From: Desulfatiglandales bacterium
GTDB lineage: Bacteria > Desulfobacterota > DSM-4660 > Desulfatiglandales > Desulfatiglandaceae
Length of the DNA: 64,000 nucleotides
Direction of reading: 5' to 3'
Assembly (NCBI GenBank): GCA_963662465.1
Contig: OY759599.1
Span: 5,920,001 to 5,984,000 of the forward strand
Part shown: positions 62,551 to 64,000 of the stretch, in pieces
How the letters are laid out: the number at the start of each line of letters is the position of its first letter
Numbering within the stretch: the first letter of the stretch is position 1
Notes under the pieces: generated by a model
Told to the model about the DNA's origin: nothing
The model's database searches: none
Seen by the model: the letters and a program-made list of their open reading frames with translations, nothing else
Program-made: the position numbers and the translations under genes

Positions 62551-64000
62551 GGCGCATAAGTCTAAATGTTGTGGGGTTGTATAACCCATCAAAATTAAAA
62601 GGCGTTTTCGGTAAACAAGAATGCATTATGAACATTCATAACTTGAATCCAAGGTAAGTCAAATGTTTGGCCGTTGGCTAATTCAAAGGGACTTTTATGA
62701 GCATTTTTTGCGCCAGGTAAAAATGGGACAAAATTCCTGATAGTCGCATGTGCTCGAAAGAAAAGACTTGCCCATTTCTTATCTCGAAAACTCTCAATTT
62801 GTTTTAGTTTACGTTTGATTCCTTTTAAATAATTGTCAACAATGGAGGTTGTTTGTTTTATCCCATTTCTATTTTTATGAGAGGTATAATGAGTGGCATT
62901 TTCTTTTAATTCTACTACCCTCTTTTTTAGTAATGGATGAGAAAATGCATCGTCATCTAATGCCTTAATCTTTACTTCCAAGTTAACTTTAGATGTGGAT
63001 GTTTTCAAAACTTTCTTAAATTTTTTATAAAGCTTGTCCACTTCTTGGTCGGTACATTTTGATTCTTTTTGATATTTTGATAGTGCATCGTAGAAGTTTT
63101 TCAAACAATGACGATGGCAATATCCGACCCAAATGTTATGGAATACGGTCTTGATAGCATTGGTTGAGGCTTTCCACTTATCTTTTGTTACACCAAGGAT
63201 TTTGAAGTCGATTTTTTGCAAAAAATCCTCAAATGAACCGCACAGGTTTTCTTCATCAACATGATCAACATAATCGGAGTGCCATACTAATAAATTTTCA
63301 GGATCGACCATAACTACAGAATAAGTTCTTAAATTTGGTTCTTTTTCAAAGCCCTCATCTTCCTGTAGATATCCTGAGCCTTTCACTCCTGCTCTTGTTA
63401 GTATTGTTGCAGGATGAAGTGTTCCTGCCCATCGATTCCAGTTCAAGATGGTTTGTTTGCTTTTGACACTTTTTTTGCCAATAATTTTAAGGCTTTCGAT
63501 GGCTCCTTGAATGCTCGCATTAAAACGGTACATATTCCGAAATACGTGCCCAATAATCTCTATACCAAAATTCTTTTCCCTTGGGAGAAAGCTGGGAACA
63601 AGAGAGAACTTTTGTTTGCACTTCCGGCATTGTATCATGCGGATTGGGAATGTCTGTTGTTCTCCTCCATTCATTATTGTTTTTCGAGGATTCCCGCGGA
63701 AACCAGATAAAATATATTCTTTAGGTCCAGAACATGTTGAATTATGGCCTGTGTGGTGATCATATTTATCGAGTTTATCTAATACTTCAATGCGAAACTT
63801 CTTACTATCTTTTACGAGAGCATGATAGCTTTCGGTGTTATTATAAGGAAAGATATATGTTTGATTTCCTCGTTTAGAAACAAGGTCTTCCATTTTCTTT
63901 TTTACATTTTCGATTATGGATTTATCAAAAGATTTTAACATCCCTATCTCAAATGCAATACTTATTGTACTATCACGACTTTTTACATTATTCAATTTTT
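62551..64000 (-). mobile_element. AT-rich IS inserted in pglZ; the other end lies outside the window
   Basis: pglZ breaks off after IMHG with an abrupt drop in GC; contains a transposase; left boundary uncertain by a few bases. Confidence 0.75.
62595..63995 (-). CDS. Transposase, IS256/ISH6 (Mutator-like) DDE group
   Basis: CRKC knuckle; LQEDE, GVTKD, YCHRH (CxxH) and TTSIVDNY..IKRKLKQIESF motifs. Confidence 0.7.
   Translation of the reverse strand: MNNVKSRDSTISIAFEIGMLKSFDKSIIENVKKKMEDLVSKRGNQTYIFPYNNTESYHALVKDSKKFRIEVLDKLDKYDHHTGHNSTCSGPKEYILSGFRGNPRKTIMNGGEQQTFPIRMIQCRKCKQKFSLVPSFLPREKNFGIEIIGHVFRNMYRFNASIQGAIESLKIIGKKSVKSKQTILNWNRWAGTLHPATILTRAGVKGSGYLQEDEGFEKEPNLRTYSVVMVDPENLLVWHSDYVDHVDEENLCGSFEDFLQKIDFKILGVTKDKWKASTNAIKTVFHNIWVGYCHRHCLKNFYDALSKYQKESKCTDQEVDKLYKKFKKVLKTSTSKVNLEVKIKALDDDAFSHPLLKKRVVELKENATHYTSHKNRNGIKQTTSIVDNYLKGIKRKLKQIESFRDKKWASLFFRAHATIRNFVPFLPGAKNAHKSPFELANGQTFDLPWIQVMNVHNAFLFTENAF

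Larger units (their letters stand above)
54292..62559 (+). pseudogene. pglZ: BREX-3 phosphatase PglZ, interrupted by element A copy 2 and cut again near 62553
   Basis: LTLVADPDG..FRYAYE N-terminus; removing 54616-61278 gives TLMDLF-SNLSYPIL; PglZ motifs ILIDGLS, WIPTITTLSRQAAFSG and VDNIMHG. Confidence 0.9.

Overview
The window has three parts and looks like a Desulfobacterota-type chromosome (an inference from gene content). (1) 1-6 kb is a minus-strand surface-protein locus: a TPR plus outer-membrane beta-barrel protein, a FecR/Thr-rich protein, and a DUF1566 (CLec-fold) protein with 231-bp repeats. The DUF1566 3' end resembles a diversity-generating-retroelement variable region and is followed by a truncated MutS-like gene. 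(2) 6-29 kb is housekeeping DNA: mtnA, tilS, plsC, a frameshifted sensor kinase, mtgA, mazG, cvpA, DUF4301, ftsH, folP, coaX, an LD-carboxypeptidase, prlF-yhaV, mfd, tex and nadB. It also holds three short cassettes bounded by GTAACCGTTCAC-type inverted repeats and heptamer repeats. (3) 29.3-64 kb is a decaying defence island: ARPP-1-like and Hsp70-like remnants, then a type 3 BREX operon (brxF, brxC, yhcG-like, pglXI, brxHII, pglZ). Four IS insertions and one frameshift disrupt the BREX genes, and a fifth IS (ISAs1) is nested inside one of the insertions. The most unusual elements are two different IS21-family transposons whose ends, defined by target-site duplications, lack the canonical TG...CA. 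Element A (two copies, 4725 bp, CTT...AAG) carries a Zn-finger, wHTH and ParB-like gene ahead of istAB. Element B (4352 bp, CCC...GGG) encodes IstA fused in frame to an apparently complete DnaG-type primase core. Both carry the same small AT-hook/RHH-like gene with a shared upstream motif. All family assignments come from motif recognition, not database searches.
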